Source: Candidatus Saccharimonadales bacterium
GTDB taxonomy: Bacteria > Patescibacteriota > Saccharimonadia > Saccharimonadales > UBA10212
Reading direction: 5' to 3'
Assembly (NCBI GenBank): GCA_040900055.1
Contig: JBBDZU010000007.1
Span: forward strand, 104,435-168,434
Length of the DNA stretch: 64,000 nucleotides
Under the pieces are notes generated by a model. It was not told the DNA's origin and ran no database searches. It saw nothing but the letters and a program-made list of their open reading frames with translations. The translations under genes were made by a program, and so were the position numbers. This document shows positions 1 to 9,023 of this stretch, piece by piece; the stretch's first letter is position 1; each line of letters starts with the position of its first letter.

Positions 1-147
1 GTTAAAGGCATTGGCATGGGCAGAGACGCGGCTGTAAGGACCCTAACTAACCAAAAGGTCGAAATAGAAAGTCTAAAAGACGTAACTGCCATTGCCCACG
101 GCGGAGTTCGAAAAAGAAGGGCCAAGAGGAACTAGTATGGCGAGAGA
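1..147 (+). CDS. rpsK: 30S ribosomal protein S11, C-terminal fragment (gene continues upstream of window)
   Basis: Frame 1 reads ...VKGIGMGRDAAVRTLTNQKVEIESLKDVTAIAHGGVRKRRAKRN*, the typical S11 C-terminus, directly upstream of rpsD. Confidence 0.75.
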
Positions 148-754
148 TACTGAGTCAATCGTAAAGCGTTCACGTCGTGAGGGTTATGCCCTTCACCCTA
201 AGGCCCATAAGGCCTTAGTTAAGCGCAGCACGCCGCCTGGGGGCGTATCGGGCGGTAGAATGGGTCGTTCTAAGTCTTCGCAGTACGCTTTGCAGCTACG
301 CGAGAAGCAAAAAGTAAAAAGACTCTACGGACTATTAGAGCGCCAATTTGCCAAACTTATGACAGAAGCCGCAAGATCCCGTGGCCATTCCGGCTCCCAG
401 CTACTAGAATTTCTAGAACGGCGCTTAGATAACGTTATTTATAGGGCCGGCTTTGCCCCATCTAGACCGGCTGCCAGGCAGCTGGTCAGTCATGGACATT
501 TTCAACTCAACGGCCGCCGAGTTGATATTCCTTCGATTAGAGCCAAAAGTGGCGATGAAATCAGCATACTTCCTGCTAGCGCTAAGAATGAATACTTCAA
601 GAATCTAGATAGCATCAGTCCCTCGTCAGCGGCTCCAGCTTGGCTAAATGTCAACCGTAAGAAACTGACAGTTTCAGTTAGCGCCGATCCAACTCGCGAA
701 GATGCCGAACCCGATATTAAAGAGCAATTAATCGTTGAATATTATTCTCGCTAA
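137..754 (+). CDS. rpsD: 30S ribosomal protein S4
   Basis: MARDTESIVKRSRREGYALHPK... is a typical S4 N-terminus. ATG at 137 is preferred over the longer ORF-track start at 92. Sits in S11-S4-rpoA-L17 synteny. Confidence 0.9.
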   Translation: MARDTESIVKRSRREGYALHPKAHKALVKRSTPPGGVSGGRMGRSKSSQYALQLREKQKVKRLYGLLERQFAKLMTEAARSRGHSGSQLLEFLERRLDNVIYRAGFAPSRPAARQLVSHGHFQLNGRRVDIPSIRAKSGDEISILPASAKNEYFKNLDSISPSSAAPAWLNVNRKKLTVSVSADPTREDAEPDIKEQLIVEYYSR

Positions 755-773
755 GGAGGCGACGTAAAAAACT

Positions 774-1718
774 ATGAGCAAACTAATTCATACACCAATG
801 TTGTCGGAAGTCATTGATCACAGTGACTTAAGTGCTACGTTTGTAATAGAGCCGCTTCATCCAGGCTACGGAATGACTTTAGGTAACAGCTTGCGAAGAG
901 TGTTACTTTCGTCAATCGCCGGGGCAGCTGTTACCGGCTTTAGGATAGACGGCACCAGTCACGAATTTACAACCATAAAGGGTGTTAAAGAGGACGCTAT
1001 TGCCATAATGCTAAACCTTAAAGGCATTAGATTTAAGATCTTTAGCGATGAAGGCCAAACCCTTACTTTAAGCAAAAAAGGCAAAGGACAGGTTAAAGCC
1101 AAAGATATAAAACTTAACGCCGACGTGGAAATCGTCAATCCTAGCCATGTAATCTGCACCGTTGATGACGAAAAAGCCTCGGTTAATATGGAGCTGACTA
1201 TTGAAACCGGCCGCGGTTATAGGCCTCTAGACGAGCAAAGTACTGGCCGAAAGGTTAGCGACATGATAATGCTTGATGCCCTTTTTACTCCAGTGCTTAG
1301 AGTCCGCTACAAAGTCGAGAACACCCGTGTTGGCCAAATGACGGATCTTGATAAGCTGCTTATCACTATCGATACTGATGGGTCGATAACTCCCAGGGAA
1401 GCATTTGAAGAGGCTGCAGCCATCTTGGTCAACCAATACACAGCTTTAGCTGGTCAAACTAAAGTTGAAGTCGGCTCGCCACTTACTGCAGACGACGAGG
1501 CGTCCGAGACTGGGGAGGCCGACGAACCAGCTGAGCTAATGACACCAATTGAGGACCTTAACTTAACTGCTCGCACTACCAACGCGCTGGTGAACAACGA
1601 CATCCATACCATTAAAGACCTGATCTCGTTGGGCGAAGCGGAGCTTCGAGACCTTAAGGGCTTTGGCAACAAAGCATTAGACGAAGTTAAAGAAAAAATG
1701 GCCGAACTCGAGCTTTAA
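774..1718 (+). CDS. rpoA: DNA-directed RNA polymerase alpha subunit
   Basis: N-terminal domain (VIEPLHPGYGMTLGNSLRRVLLSSI) and C-terminal domain (LNLTARTTNALVNNDIHTIKDL) signatures. SD aaggagg lies upstream. Confidence 0.9.
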   Translation: MSKLIHTPMLSEVIDHSDLSATFVIEPLHPGYGMTLGNSLRRVLLSSIAGAAVTGFRIDGTSHEFTTIKGVKEDAIAIMLNLKGIRFKIFSDEGQTLTLSKKGKGQVKAKDIKLNADVEIVNPSHVICTVDDEKASVNMELTIETGRGYRPLDEQSTGRKVSDMIMLDALFTPVLRVRYKVENTRVGQMTDLDKLLITIDTDGSITPREAFEEAAAILVNQYTALAGQTKVEVGSPLTADDEASETGEADEPAELMTPIEDLNLTARTTNALVNNDIHTIKDLISLGEAELRDLKGFGNKALDEVKEKMAELEL

Positions 1719-1720
1719 AT

Positions 1721-2182
1721 ATGAAGGACAGAAAGTTTAATCGTCAAAAAGACCAGCGAAGGGCTCTAATAAAGGGTCTGGCTGATTCATTGGTTATTAA
1801 TGAGTCAATTGAGACTACTCTCCCCAAAGCTAAAGCCGTAGCTCGCTATACCGAGAGACTTATTACTAAAGCCAAAAAAGGCGACCTAAGCAGTAGACGT
1901 CAAATAGTTAAAAGTCTTAACACGCTGGAGGCTGCTGGAAAATTGATAGACGAACTGGCCCCTAAGCTTGGCGGTAGAAGTAGCGGGCACCTAAGGGTTA
2001 AGCGGACGGGTATTCGAAGAGGAGACGACACCCAGTTGGCAAGAGTTAGTTTCGTGGATGATTTGAAAAAAATTGTTCAAACTAATACCGAAAAAGCACC
2101 TAAAAAGCCGGCCATAGCTGTTAAAAAGCCCAAGGTGGCGACAAAGACACCTGCAAGATCGACAAAAACAACCAAGAAATAG
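1721..2182 (+). CDS. rplQ: 50S ribosomal protein L17 with Lys/Ala/Pro-rich C-terminal tail
   Basis: RKFNRQKDQRRALIKGLADSLVINESIETTLPKAKAV is the L17 signature. Synteny after rpoA. Confidence 0.9.
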   Translation: MKDRKFNRQKDQRRALIKGLADSLVINESIETTLPKAKAVARYTERLITKAKKGDLSSRRQIVKSLNTLEAAGKLIDELAPKLGGRSSGHLRVKRTGIRRGDDTQLARVSFVDDLKKIVQTNTEKAPKKPAIAVKKPKVATKTPARSTKTTKK

Positions 2183-2184
2183 CC

Positions 2185-2628
2185 ATGAAGACCTACAGCT
2201 TAAAACCCACCGATATAAAACGCCAATGGTATTTGTTAGATGCCGCCCAAGCTTCTATGGGGCGGGTGGCCTCCTTTGCCGCTAGGCTGTTGCTAGGCAA
2301 AGATAAGCCCAACCAATCGCCACATATGGATAGTGGCGACTTTGTAGTAATAATTAACGCCAAAGATACAAAGTTCACTGGAAATAAAGGTGAGAAGAAA
2401 ATATATTACCGCCATAGTGGTTTCCCCGGTGGTCTAAAACAAAAAACACTTAATGAAGCAATGGCCCAGGATCCAACCTACGCATTACGTCATGCTATTC
2501 GCGGCATGCTGCCGCCCAACAAATTACGAACCGAGCGCTTAAAACGCTTGAAGATCTATCCTGAGGCCGAACACCCTCACCGCGGCCAGAATCCTAAAGA
2601 GATATCACTTCCGCAGGAGGCTAAGTAG
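2185..2628 (+). CDS. rplM: 50S ribosomal protein L13
   Basis: MKTYSLKPTDIKRQWYLLDA...VVIINAKD is the L13 signature. Confidence 0.9.
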   Translation: MKTYSLKPTDIKRQWYLLDAAQASMGRVASFAARLLLGKDKPNQSPHMDSGDFVVIINAKDTKFTGNKGEKKIYYRHSGFPGGLKQKTLNEAMAQDPTYALRHAIRGMLPPNKLRTERLKRLKIYPEAEHPHRGQNPKEISLPQEAK

Positions 2629-3029
2629 TGTCAGCTCAAAGCTACTTTTACGCCTTAGGCCGGCGCAAGCGAGCTACCGCCAGGGTCCGGGTAACTGCTT
2701 CTAAGGGTTCCTTTTTAATTAACGATAAGCCAGTTAACAATTATTTAGCCGGCAGCAAGTATTTACAGACCAAACTCTTTAAGCCATTTAATGTTTTAGA
2801 ACTAGACCCCGACAATTACACAGTCAGCGTTAAAACCAGCGGTGGTGGACAGTCCAGCCAAGTGGATGCCATTAGCTTAGGCGTTGCCAAAGCCCTGGTA
2901 GAGATAAACGAAGACTTTCGGCCTACCCTTAGAAAGGCCGAGCTGCTCGGCCGTGATCCCAGAAAGAAAGAGCGTAAAAAATTTGGGCTTCGTGGAGCCC
3001 GTAAAAAACGCCAGTTCACCAAACGCTAA
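2628..3029 (+). CDS. rpsI: 30S ribosomal protein S9 (GTG start overlapping the rplM stop by 1 nt)
   Basis: YFYALGRRKRATARVRV...GLRGARKKRQFTKR is the S9 signature. Confidence 0.9.
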   Translation: MSAQSYFYALGRRKRATARVRVTASKGSFLINDKPVNNYLAGSKYLQTKLFKPFNVLELDPDNYTVSVKTSGGGQSSQVDAISLGVAKALVEINEDFRPTLRKAELLGRDPRKKERKKFGLRGARKKRQFTKR

Positions 3030-3072
3030 TCTAAGATAGTCGATAAGCCTCTTTGGGCTATAATTGTTGTTA

Positions 3073-4113
3073 ATGAGCAAGGAAGTTGTTTTAACAGGAT
3101 TACGCTCTAATGATGAGTTTCACCTGGGCAATTATTTGGGAGCCATCCTGCCGATGGTTGAGCTTCAGAAAAAGCATGCCGGGGAATATCAGCTTCACAT
3201 GTTCATTCCGGATCTTCACAGTTTTACTACACCGATTGATCACAGCAAACTATTTGCCCAAACCATCGATAATTTAAAGGTCTTCGTAGCTGCTGGGCTC
3301 GACATTAATAATCCAAATACCCTTATATATCGGCAAAGCTACATCCCGGCCCATTCCGAAATGACCTGGATTTTGAACTGTTTTTCATACTTCGGCGAGC
3401 TGTCTAGAATGACTGAGTTCAAAGATAAGTCATCTAAGTCAGATAGCGAGAATATTTCTGCTGGCCTGTTTACTTATCCTGTGTTGATGGCGGCTGATAT
3501 CTTGCTTTACGACGCCAAATGGATACCAGTTGGCGACGACCAGCGCCAACACCTAGAGTTTACGCGAAACCTAGCTATTCGCATGAACAACAAGTTCGGA
3601 AAGCTGTTTGTAGTCCCAGAAGATAGCCCCAAGCAACAAAAATTTTCCAACAGAACCGAGTCGGTGCGAATTCGGTCGCTACGAAACCCAGACAAGAAAA
3701 TGAGTAAGTCGATAGAGGACCCAGCCGGTACGATATTACTATCCGATACACCCGAGGCTGCCTCCAAGAAGGTAATGGAAGCAACTACCGACTCGGTAGG
3801 AGTCGTACATTACGACTGGGAAAAGCAGCCCGGTATAACAAACCTTATGCAGATACTTGACTTGTTAAATAATTCAGCGGGCATTGCTAAAAAGTGGGAA
3901 GGCAAAACTAGCTACGGCGACCTCAAGACCGAAGTAGCCTCAGCCGTCAATGACTTCATGCGTGGACTGCAAAGCAAGCTAGCCCAAATTGACGAAGCTA
4001 AGCTTATAAAGAAATTAGAAAAAGACGAAGAAACCATGAGCCAACTGGCTAGTGCCAAATTGCTCAAAGTCCAACAAGCCGTAGGTCTAAGGCCAAAAGC
4101 CATAAAGCACTGA
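3073..4113 (+). CDS. trpS: Tryptophan--tRNA ligase
   Basis: Class I HIGH-like motif (FHLGNYLG) and KMSKS motif are present, with TrpS-like length. ATG 3073 is preferred over TTG 3064. Confidence 0.85.
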   Translation: MSKEVVLTGLRSNDEFHLGNYLGAILPMVELQKKHAGEYQLHMFIPDLHSFTTPIDHSKLFAQTIDNLKVFVAAGLDINNPNTLIYRQSYIPAHSEMTWILNCFSYFGELSRMTEFKDKSSKSDSENISAGLFTYPVLMAADILLYDAKWIPVGDDQRQHLEFTRNLAIRMNNKFGKLFVVPEDSPKQQKFSNRTESVRIRSLRNPDKKMSKSIEDPAGTILLSDTPEAASKKVMEATTDSVGVVHYDWEKQPGITNLMQILDLLNNSAGIAKKWEGKTSYGDLKTEVASAVNDFMRGLQSKLAQIDEAKLIKKLEKDEETMSQLASAKLLKVQQAVGLRPKAIKH

Positions 4114-4994
4114 TGCAGGAGTTCTTGGCATCCAAAGCCGACAACGGCCAAAGAGCCGATGTAGTAGTCGCTACCAAGTACCCGGAATTTACCCGGTCAT
4201 CCTTAGAGACTTTGTTCGATAAAAAAATGGTCCGTCTTGGCAACCTGCCCATAAAACCATCCAAGAAGATTGCCGCTGGCGATAAGTTAATAATCGACGA
4301 AAGTTACCTACGCATAAAACCACTGCCGATAAAATTGCCGATTATCTATGAAGATAATGACGTAATTGTAGTTAATAAGCCGGCTGGCATTTTAACTCAT
4401 TCTAAAGGCGCCATAAACTTTGAAGCTACGGTGGCTAGCTTTATCGCATCCAAAATTAACGATAAGGCGATGACTGGCAACCGGGCAGGTATTGTGCATC
4501 GTTTAGATAGAGCCACAAGCGGTGTGATTATCTGCGCCAAGAACTTAAAGTCGTTAACGCTGCTTCAAAGGCAATTTGCTAAAAGAAAAACCAAGAAAAC
4601 CTACTTGGCTATTGTTGAAGGCAGGGTCTCACCGCCTGTAGCCATAATCGACGTCCCCATAGAGCGTAACCCAAAAAACCCCAGGTCGTTTAAAGTCGGT
4701 GCTAAAGGGCGTCAGGCTCAAACACGTTATAAGACTATAAAAACATTTGACGGCCCTTTGGGTTCCTACACCTATTTGGAGGTTTCTCCAATTACAGGGC
4801 GGACTCATCAAATCCGGGTGCATTTGGCCTATCTAAAGCACCCAATAGTAGGAGATAATGTCTACGGATCTGTCGGCGAGCACCTACTATTACACGCTGC
4901 TTCGCTTGAAATTACTTTGCCAAGCAAAGAACGTAAACGCTTCACTGCTGCCATCCCGAAACAATTTAAAGAGTTCATAAACGCACATGCCTAA
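4113..4994 (+). CDS. RluA-family (RluD-like) 23S rRNA pseudouridine synthase with S4-like N-terminal domain
   Basis: HRLDRATSGVIICAK catalytic-Asp motif and VVNKPAGI motif. Confidence 0.8.
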   Translation: MQEFLASKADNGQRADVVVATKYPEFTRSSLETLFDKKMVRLGNLPIKPSKKIAAGDKLIIDESYLRIKPLPIKLPIIYEDNDVIVVNKPAGILTHSKGAINFEATVASFIASKINDKAMTGNRAGIVHRLDRATSGVIICAKNLKSLTLLQRQFAKRKTKKTYLAIVEGRVSPPVAIIDVPIERNPKNPRSFKVGAKGRQAQTRYKTIKTFDGPLGSYTYLEVSPITGRTHQIRVHLAYLKHPIVGDNVYGSVGEHLLLHAASLEITLPSKERKRFTAAIPKQFKEFINAHA

Positions 4995-5868
4995 GGATAT
5001 GTTGCTCAATCCACAAACCGCCTTAGCCGTTAAGAATTACCTTAGCGCGCCCTCGCATGCCTTGCTAATTTGTGGACCAGCTGGAGCCGGTAAAGCTTAT
5101 CTTGCCAAGCTGATTAGCGCCCAGCTTCTTAAAGTGTCGCCTCAGAAAGTTCTAAGCCACCCATCCGTTATTCATTTGACAAAGCCGGACGATAAGCAGG
5201 AAATTGCTATCGACGAAGTTAGAAGGCTAATTCGTACACTTAGGTTAAAAGCCCCGGGCGACGCAGATGTTAGGCGAGTTGTTTTGGTAGAGGACGCTAA
5301 TTTTCTTAGTCTGCCTGCCCAAAACGCTCTACTCAAAATCCTAGAAGAGCCAGATTTACAGACAGTCTTCCTTCTAACTTCGCCCTCTGAAACTTACGTC
5401 TTACCTACTACCGCTTCCAGAGCTCAGAAATTAATTGTCCATCCCGTCTCTCTTGCCCAATCCCTTAAGCATTACGACGCTAGACACTCCAAAGCGTCCG
5501 TTGAAAGCTCTTGGAGGCTCAGCGGTGGGCAAGCTGGCCTGCTAGACGCTTTATTAGAAAACCAATCCGAGCATCCTCTAAAAAAAGCTGTTGACTTAGC
5601 TAAATCTTGGCTTGGTCAGTCAAGATACGAGAGGCTATTATTTTTTGATAAATTAGCCAGCAATAAAATAGAGCTCGCTTATTTTATAGAAGGCCTCAGT
5701 AAGGTCTTGGCCGCACTTCATCATAGCTATATTGCAAAAGGAGGCTCTAAACCAGCCACTGCGCTGCTGCATTCGCGTAAACTAGTTGACGAAGCCGGAA
5801 GCGCACTAGACGTAAACGTTAACCCTAAGCTGGTTGGCCTATATTTAGCAACTCACCTCAAGGTGTAG
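4987..5868 (+). CDS. holB: DNA polymerase III delta-prime subunit-like AAA+ protein
   Basis: LLICGPAGAGKAYLAK Walker A motif and a clamp-loader-like box VII region. Delta-prime size. Confidence 0.7.
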   Translation: MPKDMLLNPQTALAVKNYLSAPSHALLICGPAGAGKAYLAKLISAQLLKVSPQKVLSHPSVIHLTKPDDKQEIAIDEVRRLIRTLRLKAPGDADVRRVVLVEDANFLSLPAQNALLKILEEPDLQTVFLLTSPSETYVLPTTASRAQKLIVHPVSLAQSLKHYDARHSKASVESSWRLSGGQAGLLDALLENQSEHPLKKAVDLAKSWLGQSRYERLLFFDKLASNKIELAYFIEGLSKVLAALHHSYIAKGGSKPATALLHSRKLVDEAGSALDVNVNPKLVGLYLATHLKV

Positions 5869-5889
5869 GTTTGCTATAATAACCTTCGT

Positions 5890-6543
5890 ATGTACGCCTT
5901 AGCGCTATTAGTATTGTTAGCATATTTTGTTTATAGGCACGCTCGTCCTTCTGAGCACGAGATGATCGTTATCCCCCGGCGGCTTGGTGCAAGGCTAACT
6001 AAACTTTGGGAAATCGCACACTACGGCATGCGCGAAAATAGGCTACTTAGAGCCGAGAAAGCCTTACTGACTATCTTAAAGATTGACGAGAAAAACGCCG
6101 CTGCCTATAACCGTCTGGGCATCTTGTACGCTAAACAACGCGAATATAAGGATGCTATCGATTGTTTTGAAATCGCCAGCAGTATCGAGCCTACGGCTTC
6201 GTCTTTGCATAACCTCGGGCTTATTTATTACGAAACAGAAAACTACGAAAAATCAGCCGCAGCTTTCGAACAGGCTCTCAAGCTAGAAGACACTCTAGCC
6301 GCCCGGCATATTGCCTACGCTAAAGTCCAAGAGAAGTTAGGCAACGAAAAGCTAGCCTTAGCGCAGCTACAAAAGGCCGTCGGGCTAGAGCCTAATCCGG
6401 AATCCTATAATTTGCTAATAAAAGCCTACGAGGTCAACGGTATGGTTGAAGAGGCAAGGGAAGCTCAAAGAAAAGCCGGTAAACTAGCCTTGCCCGCAGG
6501 ACGCCTAAAGCGAGTGCTTCGGCCCCGACGTGTAGTTATCTAA
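5890..6543 (+). CDS. TPR-repeat protein with N-terminal TM helix
   Basis: N-terminal hydrophobic segment followed by repeated AxxYxxLGxxY-type TPR units. Confidence 0.65.
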   Translation: MYALALLVLLAYFVYRHARPSEHEMIVIPRRLGARLTKLWEIAHYGMRENRLLRAEKALLTILKIDEKNAAAYNRLGILYAKQREYKDAIDCFEIASSIEPTASSLHNLGLIYYETENYEKSAAAFEQALKLEDTLAARHIAYAKVQEKLGNEKLALAQLQKAVGLEPNPESYNLLIKAYEVNGMVEEAREAQRKAGKLALPAGRLKRVLRPRRVVI

Positions 6544-6559
6544 GAGCTAGTCGAATTCA

Positions 6560-6645
6560 TGGTGCAGGGAGAGGGATTCGAACCCCCGTAGGCGAATGCC
6601 AGCTGATTTACAGTCAGCCCTCGTTGGCCGCTTGAGTATCCCTGC
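6560..6645 (-). tRNA. tRNA-Tyr (anticodon GTA), type II with long variable arm, CCA encoded
   Basis: The reverse complement gives GCAGGGA...GGTTCGAATCC...TCCCTGCACCA. The anticodon loop is CTGTAAA. Confidence 0.85.
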
Positions 6646-6689
6646 GCAAAGTAAATTGTAACACCGCTCAAAACTCCAACATCTTGACG

Positions 6690-6765
6690 TGGAGCCGGCA
6701 GAGGGATTCGAACCCACGACCCGCTGTTTACAAAACAGCCGCTCTGGCCACTGAGCTATGCCGGC
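6690..6765 (-). tRNA. tRNA-Thr (anticodon TGT), CCA encoded
   Basis: The reverse complement is GCCGGCATAGCTCAGTGG...TTTGTAA loop...GGTTCGAATCC...GCCGGCTCCA. Confidence 0.85.
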
Positions 6766-7107
6766 AATCGTCCTCAAGCTTAGCAAAATAACAGATAAGA
6801 TTCAATTTCAAGCGTGCTATAGTAGGTTCATGAGTCATGGGCCAGAGATAGCAAGAGAAGCTGAACCCATGCCAAATCCTTTGCTCGTCATGATTAGCGA
6901 CGGCCTTAGACGGATCTTCAGTGACAGAATAGGCGGCTATGGCCCTCCATGGCCTCCACCCGGGCCAGTCAATTATAAAACACCAGAAAACGACCCCGAC
7001 ACAGCGGAGCTGCAGCGAAGACTCAGAACTAGAAGGGGGATGTACAATGCATATGGCTTCCGTATTCATAGAAAATAGCATCTACGTTTATCACGCTTCC
7101 TAAACCT

Positions 7108-7389
7108 ATGAAATATTCCAATAACGACTTATGGAGCGTAAGGCAGATTGAGTTTTTAGATGACGCCCTCAAGGGGCATCGGCATAAGTCCGCTATTTAC
7201 TACCCTGAAAGAAAGATACAGTTAAGCATCCCGGATATCGCTGAATATAAGTACCTCGGTGTTTTACATTTTCCAGAGCATGATAGAACTATTATTTTTG
7301 AACAGGGCAAGAATTACGGACTTAAAAAGACTGAGATTCTGAAATTTCTTCGGGACAAGAATATTAAGGTTGAGGTTCGTGATGACTGA
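7108..7389 (+). CDS. Hypothetical 93-aa protein, translationally coupled (ATGA) to downstream nrnA-like gene
   Basis: Clean ORF with protein-like composition. Its stop overlaps the ATG at 7382. There is no SD and no recognisable family. Confidence 0.45.
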   Translation: MKYSNNDLWSVRQIEFLDDALKGHRHKSAIYYPERKIQLSIPDIAEYKYLGVLHFPEHDRTIIFEQGKNYGLKKTEILKFLRDKNIKVEVRDD

Positions 7390-8413
7390 ACCAACTAAGT
7401 TCGAGGCGTTAATCGAGCAATCTGAGCGGATTTTGGCCACTTCACATATTTCGCCAGATCCTGACGCAGTCTGCTCGGTATTACTACTCGGCACAACCCT
7501 GAAAGTCAATTTCCCGGGAAAAAAAGTCCATATGGTTTTGGAAGAAAACCCGTCAAAAGACCTCGCTTTTCTGACTGGATATGATGATGTTCAATTTGGG
7601 CCTATCACCGATGAATTAAAGAAGTTCAGCCCCAATCTAGTGATCATTGTTGATGCTATGAACTTTGAACGTATCTCCCGGCTAGATAGTACAGCCATTA
7701 GAGATTATATAGAAACAAAAGACGTTAAGCTGGCCATCATCGACCACCACCAACAGATTGACATCGAGCCAGCTGCCGATGCCTACATTAATAAAACGAA
7801 CCCCGCCACTGCCCAGGAACTTTACGAGTTACTGTTTGAGGAACTAGGGTTGAAAAAACCTAATGGGTACGCCGAAACTACTCTGCTGGGCATTATCTCT
7901 GATACAGCCCGTCATAAGTATGACAATCCTAAGCACCGGCAGACATTTAAGATTGTCAGCGACCTGATTGATGCGGGGGCGAGCATTGAGAAACTGGAGA
8001 ATAGAATTGATAATCTAACGCATGGCCAGCTGGAAGTGTTAGATAGCTTAATCAAGAACATCAGTAGCGATGCAAGAGGTTTTACCTATAGTTATGTTGA
8101 CGATACTTTTACAGATGCCTGGCTGTCGGCTGGTCGACCAATTAATGAATTTAAGTCTGGCTTTGAAGAATTCACGAACCGCTATCTGAAAAATTTTGAG
8201 GGTAATAAATGGGGCTTTGCAGTTTATCGCGATATTTCTTCGGGTGAACCAAAGACGCATGGAGCGTCCTTTAGATCGGTTAGCAACGCCAAGGATGTAT
8301 CGAAAATTGCCAATCAGCTTGGTGGTGGCGGACATAAAGCCGCGGCTGGCGCAAGAATTACCGCAGACAACATCGAAGCAGCGCTCAAAACAGTCCTATC
8401 TTTGCTAAAATAA
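7382..8413 (+). CDS. nrnA: DHH/DHHA1 phosphoesterase (NrnA-like oligoribonuclease / pAp phosphatase)
   Basis: DHH motif (AIIDHHQ) and DHHA1 motif (GGGGHKAAAGA). Confidence 0.8.
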   Translation: MTEPTKFEALIEQSERILATSHISPDPDAVCSVLLLGTTLKVNFPGKKVHMVLEENPSKDLAFLTGYDDVQFGPITDELKKFSPNLVIIVDAMNFERISRLDSTAIRDYIETKDVKLAIIDHHQQIDIEPAADAYINKTNPATAQELYELLFEELGLKKPNGYAETTLLGIISDTARHKYDNPKHRQTFKIVSDLIDAGASIEKLENRIDNLTHGQLEVLDSLIKNISSDARGFTYSYVDDTFTDAWLSAGRPINEFKSGFEEFTNRYLKNFEGNKWGFAVYRDISSGEPKTHGASFRSVSNAKDVSKIANQLGGGGHKAAAGARITADNIEAALKTVLSLLK

Positions 8414-8426
8414 CAACTTGAAGATT

Positions 8427-8502
8427 GCCGCGATAGCTCAGCTGGTAGAGCGCATCCATGGTAAGGATGAGGTCACGGGTTCGAATCCCGTTCGCGGCTC
8501 CA
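8427..8502 (+). tRNA. tRNA-Thr (anticodon GGT), CCA encoded
   Basis: GCCGCGATAGCTCAGCTGGTAGAGCGCATCC-ATGGTAA-GGATG...GGTTCGAATCC...GCGGCTCCA. Confidence 0.85.
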
Positions 8503-8561
8503 ATCTGTTGAATAAGTTATAGCAATCTGTTAAAGTTGAAAGCTGCTCATAATTATTAACT

Positions 8562-8765
8562 ATGGCCAAGAAAAGCGACAAACGAAAAATCATCGGTCTA
8601 AGCTGCGAGGCTTGCGGCCAGCGCCACTATTACAGCACTAAAAATACTATGAACACCCCTGACAGAGTGGAACTAAAGAAGTACTGCCCTGTTAAGCGCA
8701 TAATGGCTAAACAAGTCGAAACTAAGAAAAATCTTGGTAAAAACGTCGTAAAGCCGCGCCGCTAG
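8562..8765 (+). CDS. rpmG: 50S ribosomal protein L33 with C-terminal basic extension
   Basis: MAKKSDKRKIIGLSCEACGQRHYYSTKN...KKYCPVKR is L33-like. Sits in the classical position between tRNAs before secE. Confidence 0.8.
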   Translation: MAKKSDKRKIIGLSCEACGQRHYYSTKNTMNTPDRVELKKYCPVKRIMAKQVETKKNLGKNVVKPRR

Positions 8766-8923
8766 CTTAAGGTATAATTGCTCTTGTAGCTTACAATTTT
8801 GTAATAACACGCACTAAAGCAGGTTTTCGCAAAATTGAGAGGAGGAGACGACTTAAGGCTGGAAGTAGTTGGTTAATTAAGTATCAAACCTACTTACGGA
8901 AGCCGGCACGTCGACTCCGACGT

Positions 8924-9000
8924 AGGAGTGTAGCTCAGCTGGCTAGAGCGTCGGTCTCCAAAACCGAAGGTCGTGGGTTCGAGTCCCTCCACTCCTGCCA
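8924..9000 (+). tRNA. tRNA-Trp (anticodon CCA), CCA encoded
   Basis: AGGAGTGTAGCTCAGCTGG...TCGGT-CTCCAAA-ACCGA...GGTTCGAGTCC...CACTCCTGCCA. Confidence 0.85.
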
Positions 9001-9023
9001 GACCTTTATGAACTGAACTTCCG

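Noticed and set aside
92-136. Longer 5' extension of rpsD from the ORF track (start 92)
   Set aside because: The extension overlaps the rpsK reading frame. The S4 N-terminus conventionally begins MAR..., and ATG 137 fits.
959-1672. Several 60-72-aa antisense ORFs inside rpoA, and similar short antisense ORFs inside most long genes
   Set aside because: They are embedded antisense to well-supported conserved genes, have no SD, and have low-complexity composition. They are typical shadow ORFs.
6547-6786. 79-aa minus-strand ORF in the ORF track
   Set aside because: It lies entirely across tRNA-Tyr and tRNA-Thr sequences and is an artefact of tRNA GC-rich structure.
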